The notes under the pieces: model-generated
Seen by the model: the letters and a program-made list of their open reading frames with translations, nothing else
The model's database searches: none
What the model was told of the DNA's origin: nothing
Assembly: GCF_004010195.1 (NCBI RefSeq)
Contig: NC_057719.1
Span: forward strand, 78,324,898 to 78,388,897
Length of the DNA stretch: 64,000 nt
DNA from: Chiloscyllium plagiosum
Lineage: Eukaryota
Direction of reading: 5' to 3'
In this document: in pieces, positions 39,811-52,334 of the stretch
How the letters are laid out: every line of letters begins with the position of its first letter
Numbering within the stretch: the first letter of the stretch is position 1
Program-made: the position numbers and the translations under genes

Positions 39811-41159
39811 TCATCCGCACCTTAGCTGCTTCTACTTGCAATTACCCATTGGCAGGTGCATGATGCATCATAGTCATAATTCCACGAGGCAAGACTGAAC
39901 TTTACAGTCTACCGATGAGCAATTCCATGTAAGAACTTGGCAGAAAAGGAATAGAGGGGCTAGGTCCCTGTAGGCATGCAATTGTAATCCTGTTTCTGTG
40001 AAGTTATGCTCCACAAATTATGTACGGTTCATAACCCAGGTGGTAAATTGATCAAAATTGTCAACACCTTTATTTAAAAAAAAAATTGACCAAGTGGAAT
40101 AAGTTTTGAAGCTGTAATCTACATTTGGAATATGAACTACACCATTGGCTTGTGATAGCATCTGAACCACCTAATGAGATTAATACATTGCAATCACTCA
40201 TGTATAGCCATTTATTCCCAGTGCTTTAAGATATAGAATTTGCAAATGCACATGTTTGTGTCTCGAACTTGTCATGCACCCCTGCAGCTACTGTAACATT
40301 GGGCTGCTGGACAACATTTCATTAGTATTGTACTCTTGAGATGGCAAGCATTTTTAAACCTAACTACAAATCTGCCTGCACACTCAAGTGGTTTTTTCTT
40401 AGCTGTTGGAGACGGGCAAATAAATGATGAACATCTATGTTTGCAGTTATTAATACCTTGTTACTTGAAAGTGAAGTTGCTGCACAAAACTGCTAATCCA
40501 GTATATGTTCAGATGTGGTTTTTTTAATGTTTTGGACCTCGATTTGACCGAAGGCATGGGGGCATAGATGTGAACCTGGCAAACCTGAAGTTTTGGGTGC
40601 CACATTGACTTTTTTTTTATTAGTACGGCCACGATTTGCTAAGTTGTGCCAAACGCCCTGCCATTCCATTAACCTTGCTGTGTGCCTAATGGGCAGGAAT
40701 ATCCAATTAAAACCATGCAACTGCAGCTAAGGATCATCCCTGGTCTTGGCAGTAAAAGGAGGATTATAATTGAGGTCTGGCATCAAGGTTTAACCAAGAC
40801 CTGGGAATAGGGAGGCTCAATGACTGCTGGAGTGACAATGTGGGGAAGCATTGGTATTGCTTCTGGCCAACAATAGCAGGAGGTGAGCAGATATTACATC
40901 CCTGGTATTTTAATGCTCTTGCATTGGATCTGCTGCTGGATGGCCAACAGCATGCTATTCCTTCTGCTAAGTTTAGCACTGTGCCAACAGTATCTTTTCT
41001 TAACTCTTTTTAGTTGTTATCTTTTTGTGTTAGAGCTGCACTGCATTTAGCAGGGACCTTTTTTTTTTATTTGTGACCTGATTTGGGTTTGCAAAGTTTA
41101 AAAGGCTGTTTATAAACCAGTTGAGCTGGATGCTGGGATTTTGTGTTGACCCTGGTGTC

Positions 41160-41515
41160 GCATGATGTGGGTAGAATTGGAGTCCTTGAAAGCTGAAAAT
41201 TTTAGTGCATGTTTTCCCCTCCCTGAGGGGGAGCCCTAGAACACCATGTCAAAGTAACCCCTCTCCTTGTGGAGACAAATGAAAATGTACTTTTCTCCAA
41301 GGTGGATTAGTGTTTGTGCACACACACCCTCCTTTCCCCTTCAAGTTAGTGGTGACCCACAGGCTGGGTCGTTGAATCTATTCAGTTTCAGTTAGATTTT
41401 TGATTCACATGGGAGTTGAGGAATAGGCAAGAAAATGAAGTTAAAGCCACAATTAGCCAGACCACAATGAGCCAGCTGAAGGAACCGAATATCCTACTTG
41501 ATTCCTTATGTATTT
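41160..41515 (+). mobile_element. Degenerate CR1 3' end
   Basis: Weak match to CR1 ORF2 end and 3' UTR. Confidence 0.55.
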
Positions 41516-42204
41516 TTTTGTTCTGAACCTGCTGTAGTCTGATCATAAGGATCAGACAACAAAGCAAACAATTTCCCTTGGCTCTACCTAAATTGCCACA
41601 ATCTGTCTCTGCCTCCCTCTCCTTGCAGTAATGAGGATCTAAAATTTGAATTTAGGCAACAAAATATGTAGATTTTTTTGTTATAACAAAATGGTTTCTC
41701 GATTTTAAAAGAATACTATAAAATGACCATACTGCTGATTTGCAGAATTAAGTTGCATTTCAAAGATAAGAGAACAATTAGCGTTTTCAAAAGCTGAATA
41801 CTGACACATTAATTGACCATTTGAACGAACCTTGAACCAGTACATGGCATGACAATTTATGTAAATAAGATATCTTTTAGCATAGAACACCATTGGATTA
41901 GCCTGTCTTCAATCATGTCACCTTGTTACGGTTGATTGGACCTTTCTTGTAATTAAGAACCCTTTCCCAGGAAATATCATTGGAATAACTTGCTGTAAAT
42001 CATGTCATCTTACTATATGTGATTGGTCTTTCTTGTAATTAAGGCTGTACAATTTCTTAAAAAACATATAAATAATGTGTAATTTTCAAATGTAATTGCG
42101 CAACTTCACCACGGAACACAGAAGCTTCAATCGCTGTGTTAGTGGATAGAATTGCTTCAAGGTAGCTTAATTCAATAAACTAATGACCCTTGCTTTTTGA
42201 ATAG

Positions 42205-42301
42205 ACCGCATTTGTCGATTCCTTTGACCGATCTCGAGCCAAGAGGCCCCTCTCGAGGGGACGCAGATCTTCAGTAGCACAGTTAAGATGCACTCCAAAC
42301 A
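42205..42301 (+). other. Candidate 97-bp spliced exon of a host gene
   Basis: Branch-like CTAAT at 42180, pyrimidine tract, TAG acceptor at 42204, ACA|GTAAGG donor and six CpGs in about 60 bp. Phase-0 frame reads TAFVDSFDRSRAKRPLSRGRRSSVAQLRCTPN; alternative ATG at 42288 gives MHSK. Confidence 0.5.
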
Positions 42302-42899
42302 GTAAGGATCAAAGCTGGGCTGTATTGTAGACACTTACACACTGGAAAAGTAAACGTCGTTTGTGTTTATTCTGTGGTTAATTATTGCAATTGGTTTCAT
42401 TTTTAGTGATATTTTTGGTTTACCATGCAATTATTTGTTGAAGCATATTATGCTGCTTTGGCGTCATATGCAAGTTAAATACTTCCTGTTTTGATTTTTA
42501 CATTTGTTAAACCAGCACAGATGAATTTTAGCGCGCACTTGCGTATACAGCATTCAATCATTTTGTGTTGATGTAGCTTTTAACTTTGCTTCGTTTCTCA
42601 TGTCAAAAGGGCAAGTCATCAGGGTTTCTCAATTGAGATGTTTACAGGCTAGAAAGCTCCTAGGTTTAAAGTCTTTCCTAAGCTTTGCCTGAACTCTGCC
42701 TGTATTATTGCTGTATTGGCTTAAACAGTCTGAGGCTCTAAGGTAATAAGTCAGTCACGGATTCCACCCTTGCACACCGTCTCATAAAACAAAACTGGAG
42801 TGTGTAAATGATTAGTCATCCCATGAGGACAGAGTTGAACCAGATGTGAATTAAGTCTTGGTAGGGAGGGGATGTTCAGCCCAAAGCCAGAAAATTTCA

Positions 42900-43675
42900 G
42901 TATCCTAAATAAACCTAGTCCCATTAACCAGCATTTTGGCCCATATCCCTTTAAACCCTCCCTATTCATATACCCAACCAGATACAATTACATGTTAAAA
43001 GGTATCAGCTCCATCACCACCTAGCAGTTCATTCCATACACTCACCACTCTCTAAGTATGTTGCCACCTGGGTCCCTTCTTAAATCTTTTTCCTCTCCTT
43101 AAACCTATGCCCTCTAGTTTTGGACTCGCCCACCCTGGGGAAAGACTTTTCTTTTTGCCTATTTCCCCTATTCATGCCCCTTGTGATTTTATAAATCCCT
43201 GTAAGGTCACCCCAACAGCCCCAACCTATTCAACCTCTCCTTTTATAGCTTAAACCCTCCAATCCTGGCAACATGCTTGTAAATTTTTTCTGAATCCTTT
43301 CAAGTTTCACAACATCCTTCCTTGCTATAGCAGGGAGACCAGAATTGAATACTCTATTCCCAAAGTGGCCTAACCAATGTCGTGTATGGCTGCAACGTGA
43401 ACTCCCAACTCAATGCACTGACCAATAAAAGCAAATGTACCAAACACAACTTTCTCCACCCTGTCTACCCATGACGCTTTCAAGGAACCATGAACCTGCA
43501 CCCAAGGTCGTCTTTTTATTTTTGTTCGGCCATTGCGTGTATAAGTCCTGCCCTGATTTGCCTTGCCAAAATGTAGCACCGCATTTATCTGGATTAAACT
43601 CCATCTGCCACTCCTGATCAAGACCCTGTTGTACTCCTGAGGTAAGCCTCCTTTGCTGTCTACTACATCACCCAT
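42900..43675 (-). mobile_element. HER1/CR1 LINE 3' portion
   Basis: VLHFGKANQGRTYT and FGTFAFIGQCIE on the minus strand. Confidence 0.9.
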
Positions 43676-43749
43676 CTTTTAATGGGTCTGGGTTGGGTTA
43701 CTGCTTTGGAGGGTTGGTGAGGACTTGCTGGTCTGAAAGGCCTGATTCT

Positions 43750-43905
43750 AAAAAGTAATCTGCTGATATTGTGGGAGCCTGCTATGCACAAATTCTGCTA
43801 TGCTCCTTGTTACAACTGTGACTGCACTATGAAACAACATCATTTGCTGTACAGTGCCTCGGACATTAAGGAGGTGGAAGACACTTTTTATAACAAAAAA
43901 TATAC
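43750..43905 (+). mobile_element. SacSINE1-like 3' part, preceded by an HE1 tail fragment at 43680-43750
   Basis: TTGTGGGAGCCTGCTATGCACAAATT...GTGACTGCACT. Confidence 0.6.
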
Positions 43906-43999
43906 CTGTCATTTCAGCCGCATATATTTTTCTGAATAGTGGGCAGCAATTAACCTTGTGAGTGCAAAGCATAAAGGTGAAGCACTAACAATCAGCTTC

Positions 44000-45500
44000 A
44001 ACCTTTTTAGGGTGACCCACCTCTTCCCTCCTAAGGTGCCAGTCTTCAGCCATTCTTGATTCCTTTCCATGTGATACCAAACGCTGAGCACATGGACACA
44101 GCAAAGGTGGACGAGGTCTAGAATTGAAGACCTACTACAAAAGTTAAATGTCCTGAGCTAAACTGTTTCAGTGCAGTTACAGCACTCAAACATGGAATAT
44201 TCCCTGTTCAAAGTGCAGGCCAAATTTCAGCCTAGGAAGTGATCAATCCGTCATCCTACTCTGTTCCCATCAGTGATGGAAGGTGTCATCAACAGTGCTA
44301 TTGTGTGACTATTTCACACACAACCTACTCACTAATGAGTTAGGTGATAGCTTTTGACCAGTATGAGCATGATGGGCTGAATAGCTGCTTTCTGTGCTGT
44401 AGCCCTGACTCTAATTTTCAGTTTAGGTTCTGTCATTCCCATCTCACTCCAAATCTGTTTTGATAGCCTTGTCTCAAATATAAGATCATGGCCAAAAGAG
44501 CTGAATTTCAGACGTGAGGAGAGAGTGACTTCCCTTGAAGTGGCATGAAGAAATTCCACCCAAACTGAAGTCCTTAAGAATCCGGGAAAGCTCTCCCTCC
44601 TTTTTGGGAGTCATTCTTACCACCAAAGGTTATTTCAAGGTCAATCGTCTCAGGACATTGCTGCAAGCATCCCTTACTGTAATGTCCTTGATGAAACCTC
44701 TTCAGCTGCCTCCTCACTATTCTTCCCTCCCTACCATAAGGTCAGGAGTGAGGATGTTCAAGATTGCTCTGGTATTTAGTGTGAATCCCAACTTATCAGT
44801 ATGCAGAAGATCAACACAATATTTAAACGTGGGTAGCAGGAAACTAGCATTGAACCCACACAAAAATACTGGGTAGTGAGCACTTCTGACCAGAAAGAGC
44901 CTGATTACCCCCCTTGATATTGACTGATGTTACCACAGAACAGAACTTAACTGGATCAACACACGTTATGGCCACGAGCAGGTGGTGAATTACTGAACAC
45001 CTGGTGCTTCAAAGTCTTTCCAGCTTCTACAAGGCACAAACCAAGAACTGTATCCACTGTCCTGCTTGTGCAGCAACACTTGAGCAACTTGACGTTGTCC
45101 AGGACAAAGACACTCACTCACTCACTCACTCAGTTGGCACCCCCATCCACTAACTACTGCTTCTGCCACCAGCCCCCAAGTTTGCCAGGTGTATCGTTGG
45201 CAAGATGTACTGCAGAAACCTCCCAAAGTTTCCTCATGAACACCTTCTCAACTCTGACTAATAGAGTTTAAAAGATAAAGGCGGCAAATGCTTGGGGGTC
45301 CTCAACTATGTCACTATTCCTTCACTGTTGCTGAGTTACAATTCCGTTACACAGGACAAAACTGTGGGTTTAAGTAGACCAATATAGACTGCACTGTTTC
45401 AAGAAGGCAACGAGCATCACCTTCTAAGAGCAAGTAAGGATTGGCAATAAATACTGACCTTGCCAGTGATGCCTACATGATAAATTCGGAGAAGAAAAAA
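44000..45500 (+). mobile_element. CR1-group LINE family B RT to 3' end, degenerate
   Basis: FYKAQT, LDVVQDK motifs and tail GGCAATAAATACTGACCTTGCCAGTGATGCCTACAT. Confidence 0.7.
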
Positions 45501-46057
45501 ATCTTCCCCCTTTCCTCTGGAAATGGGTTTGATGGTGGAATTCTGGTCAACTATTTTGACAGTAGCGCAGCAGTGATCAAGAATCAATTCAACTATCTTT
45601 TTGTGTTTGTGTCAATTTCTTAGATTTTTGGCTGTGCGTTTCCTTCAAGAGAATACGGATCTAATCATGAGACCAACCTGCTTTATTCACTAAGTCAAAA
45701 TGTGCAGAGACGAGCAATAGTCAGTTTAGATGGTAGAAATTAATTAGCAGCAATTCCTGTAAGAGTACGTGAGCACAGATAGAAAAGTTCCCTTTTAAGG
45801 AAGGCCTTGGGGAAGGATCTTTCCAAGAACTAATCGAGGCATGTGAGTCAACTTGGATGCATGATTTATTGCTGCATCAAATTAAAAAGTTGTTATATGA
45901 TAGTTGTGGATTAGGTAGTGTTATGGACCATGTAAAATCACGTTTTAAGGAAATCAAGATATCTATGATAGTGTTAGGTTTTTTTGATAGAATTTGAATA
46001 TCTGGCTAACCAAGCTCAGACTTTTCTAGTTTCCTAGCTAAAACTTAAAGTTTTTAT

Positions 46058-46582
46058 TTAGAGTCATCAAGTCATAGAGATGTCCAGCACGGAAACAGAC
46101 CCTTCGGTCCAACTTGTCCATGCTGACCAGATATCCTAGCCTAATCTAGTCCCCTTTGCTAGTACTTGGCCCACATCACTCTTTAAAAACAACCCTCCTC
46201 AACCACCAGCCTCTGTTGTCTTAATTTGAGCCAGTTCCATATCCAGATGGCTAGTTCTCCCTGTATTCCATGAGATCTAACCTTACTAACCAGCCTACCA
46301 TGAGGAACCTTGTCAAACGCCTCACTGAAGTCCATATAGATCATGTCCACTGCTCTGCCCTCATCAATCCTCTTTGTTACTTCAAAAAAAACTCAATCAA
46401 GTTCATAAGATATGATTTTCAACACGTAAAGCCATGCTGACTACCACTAATCAGTCCTTGCCTTCCAAATACATGTAAATCCTGTCCCTCAGGATTCCCT
46501 CTAACAACTTGCCCACCACTGATGTCTGTCAGGCTCACCATTCTATAGTTTCCTGGCTGTTCCTTACCACCTGTCTTAAATA
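46058..46582 (-). mobile_element. HER1/CR1 LINE with internal deletion
   Basis: 3' tail joined near 46185 directly to RT (DFSEAFDKVPH, QHG) on the minus strand. Confidence 0.9.
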
Positions 46583-46691
46583 TTTGTCAGAAGCATTGAT
46601 GTGTATGCGTTATACTTTGCAATTATGGCCATATGCTTAAATCTGTGTTAAATCTGAAGGCTGAGAACCCTATTCTTGCAAGTAACAACTT

Positions 46692-46896
46692 AGTGAAAGT
46701 GAGGACTGCAGATGCTGGAGATCAGAGCTGAAAAATGTGTTGCTGGAAAAGCGCAGCAGGTCAGGCAGCATCCAAGGAGCAGGAGAATCGACGTTTCGGG
46801 CATAAGCCCTTCTTCAGGAAGGACTGAAGAAGGGCTCATGCCCGAAACATCGATTCTCCTGCTCCTTGGATGCTGCCTGACCTGCTGCGCTTTTCC
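46692..46896. mobile_element. Penelope-like fold-back insertion with two opposed hammerhead cores
   Basis: TSD AGTAACAACTT(a/c)GTG at 46681 and 46897; cores at 46790-46817 (minus) and 46824-46851 (plus). Confidence 0.9.
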
Positions 46897-47177
46897 AGTA
46901 ACAACTTCGTGCCAAGATCACCCTGCCTTCCCTCATCGAATCCATGCAAGACACTTAACAGCTACATTGTTGTGCGCTCTACTCCAGCAAAATCTTTCTT
47001 GATATCATCCAATCTCACACAACATAGGCCCTGTATTGGTCAACTGGGATAACTGACTTAGAAAGCTGATGGTTGGTGCCCTCTGGTTGTTTTAATGACA
47101 CTGAGAGATCCATTGTACCTTGGAAAGAGGAGGAAAGACTGTGTGCTGATTGAATTGACTGGATCTGCACTTGGTCC

Positions 47178-47500
47178 ATTAGATTAGATTACTTCGATTA
47201 CTTGTAGTGTGGAAACAGGCCCTTCGGCCCAATAAGTCCACACCGACCTGCCGAAGCGCAACCCACCCAGACCCATTACTCTACATTTACCCCTTCACCT
47301 AACACTACGGGCAATTTAGCATAGCCAATTCACGTAACCTGCACATTTTTGGACTGTGGGAGGAAACCGGAGCACCTGGAGGAAACCCATGCAGACACGG
47401 AGAGAATGTGCAAACTCCACACAGTCAGTCACCTGAGGCAGGAATTGAACCCGGGTCTCTGGCGCTGTGAGGCAGCAGTGCTAACCACTGTGCCACCCGT
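47178..47500 (-). mobile_element. HE1-type SINE
   Basis: Full-length match to the other HE1 copies. Confidence 0.93.
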
Positions 47501-48125
47501 ACTTTCTGCCACTTAAGACAACTGCAGGTTTGTACATTGATACTTATCAATTAAAATATGTTAGGCTGTAATCTGAAAAATGTAAAGTGATAAGAACAGG
47601 GGAAGACTTCAGCTCCTTAAATTAGCTCTAATGTTCAGTAAGGTGATGCTTTTGCCTTAAATCTACTTTTCTGCTCATTCCTCCATGATTACCTAACAAC
47701 AAAAATCTATCTATCTCAGCCTTAAATACGAGACAACACATCTGTCTGGGTGAAGACATTTGCCCTCACCTTAGCCCTAAATAATCTACTACTTATCCCG
47801 AGACTTTGCTGTTTGAATTCATGTATCACTGGACATCAGCGTGCGTCTGGGAAAATTAACAAAACCAGTGAAATTCACAACTGATCTTGGAGGAACCTGT
47901 TTGGGAGAGATCACAGCACAGAAACAGAAGTGAATATTTAAGCATGGCCTTACAGTAAGTCTGCAGTAGTGAGTAGAATGGGTTGTTTCTTGATTGTTAT
48001 ATTGAGATTTGTCTCTAGATTAAACTTAAAGTATAAGCCATAACTATTGATTTGACTGGAGCAGTGTTTTGTAGAGGAATAAGACGGTGCTATTGTCTGG
48101 GTCTGTAGATTATAAAGGAGAAAAA

Positions 48126-49010
48126 ATGGCCTTTAGTAGAGTGATATGCTGCTCTTGTCAGATGTGGGAGTTTAAGGAGAGTTTATGGGTTACTGCAGAT
48201 TATATCTGCAATAAATGCTGTTGGTGGCAAATCCTATCAGATCGAGTGGATTGGTTGGAGAGACAGTTAGAAGCAATGAGGAATTTACAAGAGCAAGGGG
48301 ATGTGATGGGTGGCAGTTATAGGAAGGGGGAAATGTCACAAATACAGTTACGTAGATGGGTTAACTCCAGGAAAGGTAAGAGATGTAGGCAGTGAATGCA
48401 GGAGTCTTCTGTGGCTATCCCCATTTCAAACAAGTATGCTGTTTTGGAAAATGTAGGGGCTGATGGATTCTCAGGGGGTCACATGAACAGCAACTTTCTG
48501 ACAACTAGACAGGCTCTAATGCAATGAGGGGTACGTCGGGTTCCAAAAGATCAATTGTGTTAGGGGCCTCTCTAGTCTGAGGCACAGACAGGCACTTCTG
48601 TGGCCAGCAGCAAAAAAATCTGAATGGTGTTGCTTCCTTGGTGTCAGGATCAAGGATGTCTCAGAAGGTGCAGAATGTTCTCAAGGGGGGGAGAGGCCAG
48701 GAGGAGGTCATTGTCCACGTTGGGACCAATGACATAGCAAGGGAAAAGGTTGAGATTCTGAAGGGAGATTACAGAGAGTTAGGAAAGAATTTAAAAAGGA
48801 GTTCTTCAAGAGTAGTAATACCTGGAATATGTCCAGTGCTACGAGCTAGTGAGGGCAGAAATAGGAGGATAGAGGAGATGAATGTATGACTGAAGAGCTA
48901 GTGTATGGGAGAAGGATTCACATGGGGTAGAAGTGCACCTAAATTGGAAGGGGACTAATATACTGGCAGGGAGATTTGCTAGAACTGCTCAGAAGGATTT
49001 AAACTAGTAA
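48126..49010 (+). pseudogene. CR1 ORF1 relic: zinc finger, coiled coil and SGNH esterase
   Basis: CCSC...CNKC, LSDRVDWLERQL, IVLGASLV (decayed GDS) and VHVGTND. Confidence 0.85.
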
Positions 49011-49129
49011 GATAGGAGATGGGACCCAGGGAGATAATCAGGAAAGAGATCCATCTGAGAATGGTACAGTTGAGAACAGAAACGAATCAAACAGTTAGGG
49101 TAGACAGGGACAAAGCAGAGAACAAGGTA

Positions 49130-52000
49130 GGACTGATAAACTGCATTTATTTCAATGCAAGAGGCTTAACTGGGAAGGCAGATGAGCTCAGGGCATGGTT
49201 AGGAACATGGGACTGGGATATTGTGGCAATTACAGAAACATGGCTCAGGGATGGGCAGAACTGGCAGCTTAAAGTTCCAGGTTATAAATGCTACAGGAAG
49301 AACAGGAAAGGGAGGCAAGAGAGGGGAGGGATTAGCTTTTTTGATAAGGGATAGCATTACAGCTGTACTGAGGGAGGATATTCCTGGGAATACATCCAGG
49401 GAAGTTTTTTGGTGGAACTGAAGAAGAAATAAGAAAGGGATGATCACTTTATTGGGATTGTATCATAAACTCCCTAATAGTCAGAGGGAAATTGAGAAAC
49501 AAATTTGTAAGGAGATCTCCGTTATCTGTAAGAATAGTAGGGTGGTTATGATAGGGGATTTTAACTTCCCAAACATAAACTGGGACTGCCATGGTGTTAA
49601 TGGTTTAGATGGAGAGGAATTTAAGTGTGTACAAGAACATTTTCTGATTCAGTATGTGGACGTAGGTAACTAGAGAAGATGCAAATCTTGACCTATTCTT
49701 GGGAAATAAGGCAGGGCAGGTGACTGAGGTGTTGGTGGAGGAGCACTTTGGGGCCAGCGACCATAATTCTATTAGATTTAAAATAGTGATGGAAAAGAAT
49801 AGACCAGATCTAAAAGGTGAAATTCTAAATTTGAGAAAGGCCAATTTTGATGATATTAGGTAAGAACTTTCAAAGTCTGATTGGGGGTAGATGTTCGCAG
49901 TTAAAGGGATGGTAGAAAATGGGAAGCCTTCAGAAATGAGATAACAAGAATCCAGAGAAAGTATATTCCTGTTAGGGTGAAAGGGAAGTCCGGTAGCTGC
50001 AGGGAATGCTGGATAATTAAAGAAATTGAGGGTTTAGTTCAGAAAAAGAAGGAAGCATATGTCAGGTAGAGACAGGATAGATTGAATGAATCCTTAAAGT
50101 ATAAAGGCAGTAGGAGTAAACTTGAGGAAAATCGGGAGGGCAAAAAGGGGACATGAGATAGCTTTGGCAAATAGAGTAAAGGAGAATCCAAAGGGTTTTT
50201 ACAAATACATTAAGGATAAAAGGGTAAGTAGGGAGAGAATAGGGCCCCTCAAAGATCAGCAAGGTGGCCTTTATGTGGAGCCACAGGAGATGGGGGAGAT
50301 ACTAAACGAGTATTTTGCATCCATGTTTACTGTGGAAAAGGACATGGAAGATATAGAATGTCAGGAAATAGATGATGACATCTTGACAAATGTCCATATT
50401 ACAGGGGAGGAAGTGCTTGATGTCTTGAAATGCACAAAAGTGGATAAATCTCCAGAATCTGATCAGGTGTGCCCTTGACCTCTTTGGGTAGCTAGGGAAG
50501 TGATTGCTGGGCGTCTCGCTGAGATATTTGAGTCATCGATAGTCACAGGTCATCGGAAGACTGGAGGTTGGCTTACGTGGTGTCACGATTTAAGAAAGGT
50601 GATAAGGAAAAGCCAGGGAACTATAGACCAGTGAGCCTGACGTCGGTGATGGGCAAGTTGTTGGAGGGAATCCTGAGGGACAGGATGTACATGTATTTGG
50701 AAAGGCAAGGACTGATTAGGGATAGTCAACATGGCTTTGTGCATGGGAAATCATGTCTCTCAAACTTGATTGAGTTTCTTGAAGAAGTAACAAAGAAGAT
50801 TGATGAGGGCAGAGCAGTAGATGTGATCTATATAGACTTCAGTAAGGCGTTTGACAAGGTTCCCCATAGGAGACTGGTTAGATCTTATGGAATATAGGGA
50901 AAGCTAGCCATTTGGATATAGAACTGACTCAAAGAACAAAGAAAATTTACAGCCCAGGAATAGGCCCTTCAGCCCTCCAAGCCTGAGCTGATCCAATTGT
51001 ACTGTCTGTCGGTCAATTCTTAAGCATAAAAAACTCAAAGGTAGAAGACAGAGGGTGGTGGTGGAGGGTTGTTTTTCAGGTAGAGGTCTGTGACCAGTGG
51101 AGTGCCATAAGGATCAGTGCTGGGTCCACTACTTTTTGTCATTTATGCTCCCATCCAAATCATTTATAGAAGAGGGTTAGTTAGTAAGTTTGCAGATGAC
51201 ACCAAAATTGGAGGTGTAGTGGACAGCCAAGAAGGTTACCTCCGATTACAAAGGGATCTTGATCAGATGGGCTCATGGACTGAGAAGTGACAGATGGAGT
51301 TTAATTTAGATAAATGCGAGGTGCTGAATTTTGGGAAAACAAATCTTAGCAGCACGTATACATTTAATGGTAAGGTCCTAGGGAGTGTTGCTGAACAAAG
51401 AGACCTTGGAGTGCACGTTCATAGCTCCTTGAAAGTGGAGTCGCAGGTAGATAGGATAGTGAAGAAGGCATTTGGTATGCTTTCCTTTTATTGGTCAGAG
51501 TATTGAGTACAGGAGTTGGGAGGTCATGTTGCAGCTGTACAGGACATTGGTTAGGCCACTGTTGGAATATTGCGTGCAATTCTGGTCTCCTTCCAATTGG
51601 GAAAGATGTTGTGAAAATTGAAAGGGTTCAGAAAAGATTTACAAGGATGTTGCCAGGGTTGAAGGATTTGAGCTACAGGGAGGCTGGACAGGCGGAGGCT
51701 GTTTTCCCTGGAGCGTCAGAGGCTGAGGGGTGACCTTATAGAGGTTTATAAAATCATGAGGGGCTTAGATAGGGTAAATAGACAAGGTCTTTTCCCTGGG
51801 GTGGGGGAGTCCAGAGGTTGAGGGCATAGGTTTAGAGTGAGAGGTGAATGATATAAAAGAGACCTAAGGGGCAACTTTTTCACGCAGAGGGTGGTACGTG
51901 TATGGAATGAGCTGTCAGAGAAGTGGTGGAGGATAGTACAATTGCAACATTTAAAAGGCATCTGGATGGGTATATGAATAGGAAGGGTTTGGGGGGGATA
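49130..52000 (+). pseudogene. CR1 ORF2 relic (APE endonuclease and reverse transcriptase)
   Basis: YFNARGL, AITETWL, GDFNFP, SDH, NYRPVSLTS, DFSKAFDKVPH and KFADDTK. Confidence 0.95.
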
Positions 52001-52334
52001 TGGGCCGGGTGCTGACAGGTGGGAGTAGATTGGGTTGGGATATCTGGTCAGCATGGACAAGTTGGGCTGAAGGGTCTGTTTCCATGCTGTACATCTCTGA
52101 CTCTATGATTAGATTCTCCAGAATGTAACTGCAGAAATAAACTGTCAAATCCCTTCAAAGTATTGTATTTCTTTCAATAAAATTTTCTCACGTATTCTTC
52201 CAAACATCAGAGGTTCATTCAGATTGAACCACTTGGTGTAATGTTTCAAACGCATTAAACAACTGGAAATCCTTGGACAGAGTAATGCAACTCATGGAAG
52301 TTTCAGAACGTGTTTGTCTGGGATTCTTGACACT

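Larger units (their letters stand above)
47820..52108 (+). mobile_element. Near full-length HER1/CR1 LINE, inactivated
   Basis: Putative 5' UTR, ORF1, ORF2 (endonuclease and RT) and tail are colinear; many stops and frameshifts; 5' boundary uncertain. Confidence 0.95.

Noticed and set aside
46692..46896. Hairpin repeats as CRISPR repeats, terminators or miRNA genes
   Set aside because: Eukaryotic context, no spacer array, and fully explained as Penelope fold-backs.
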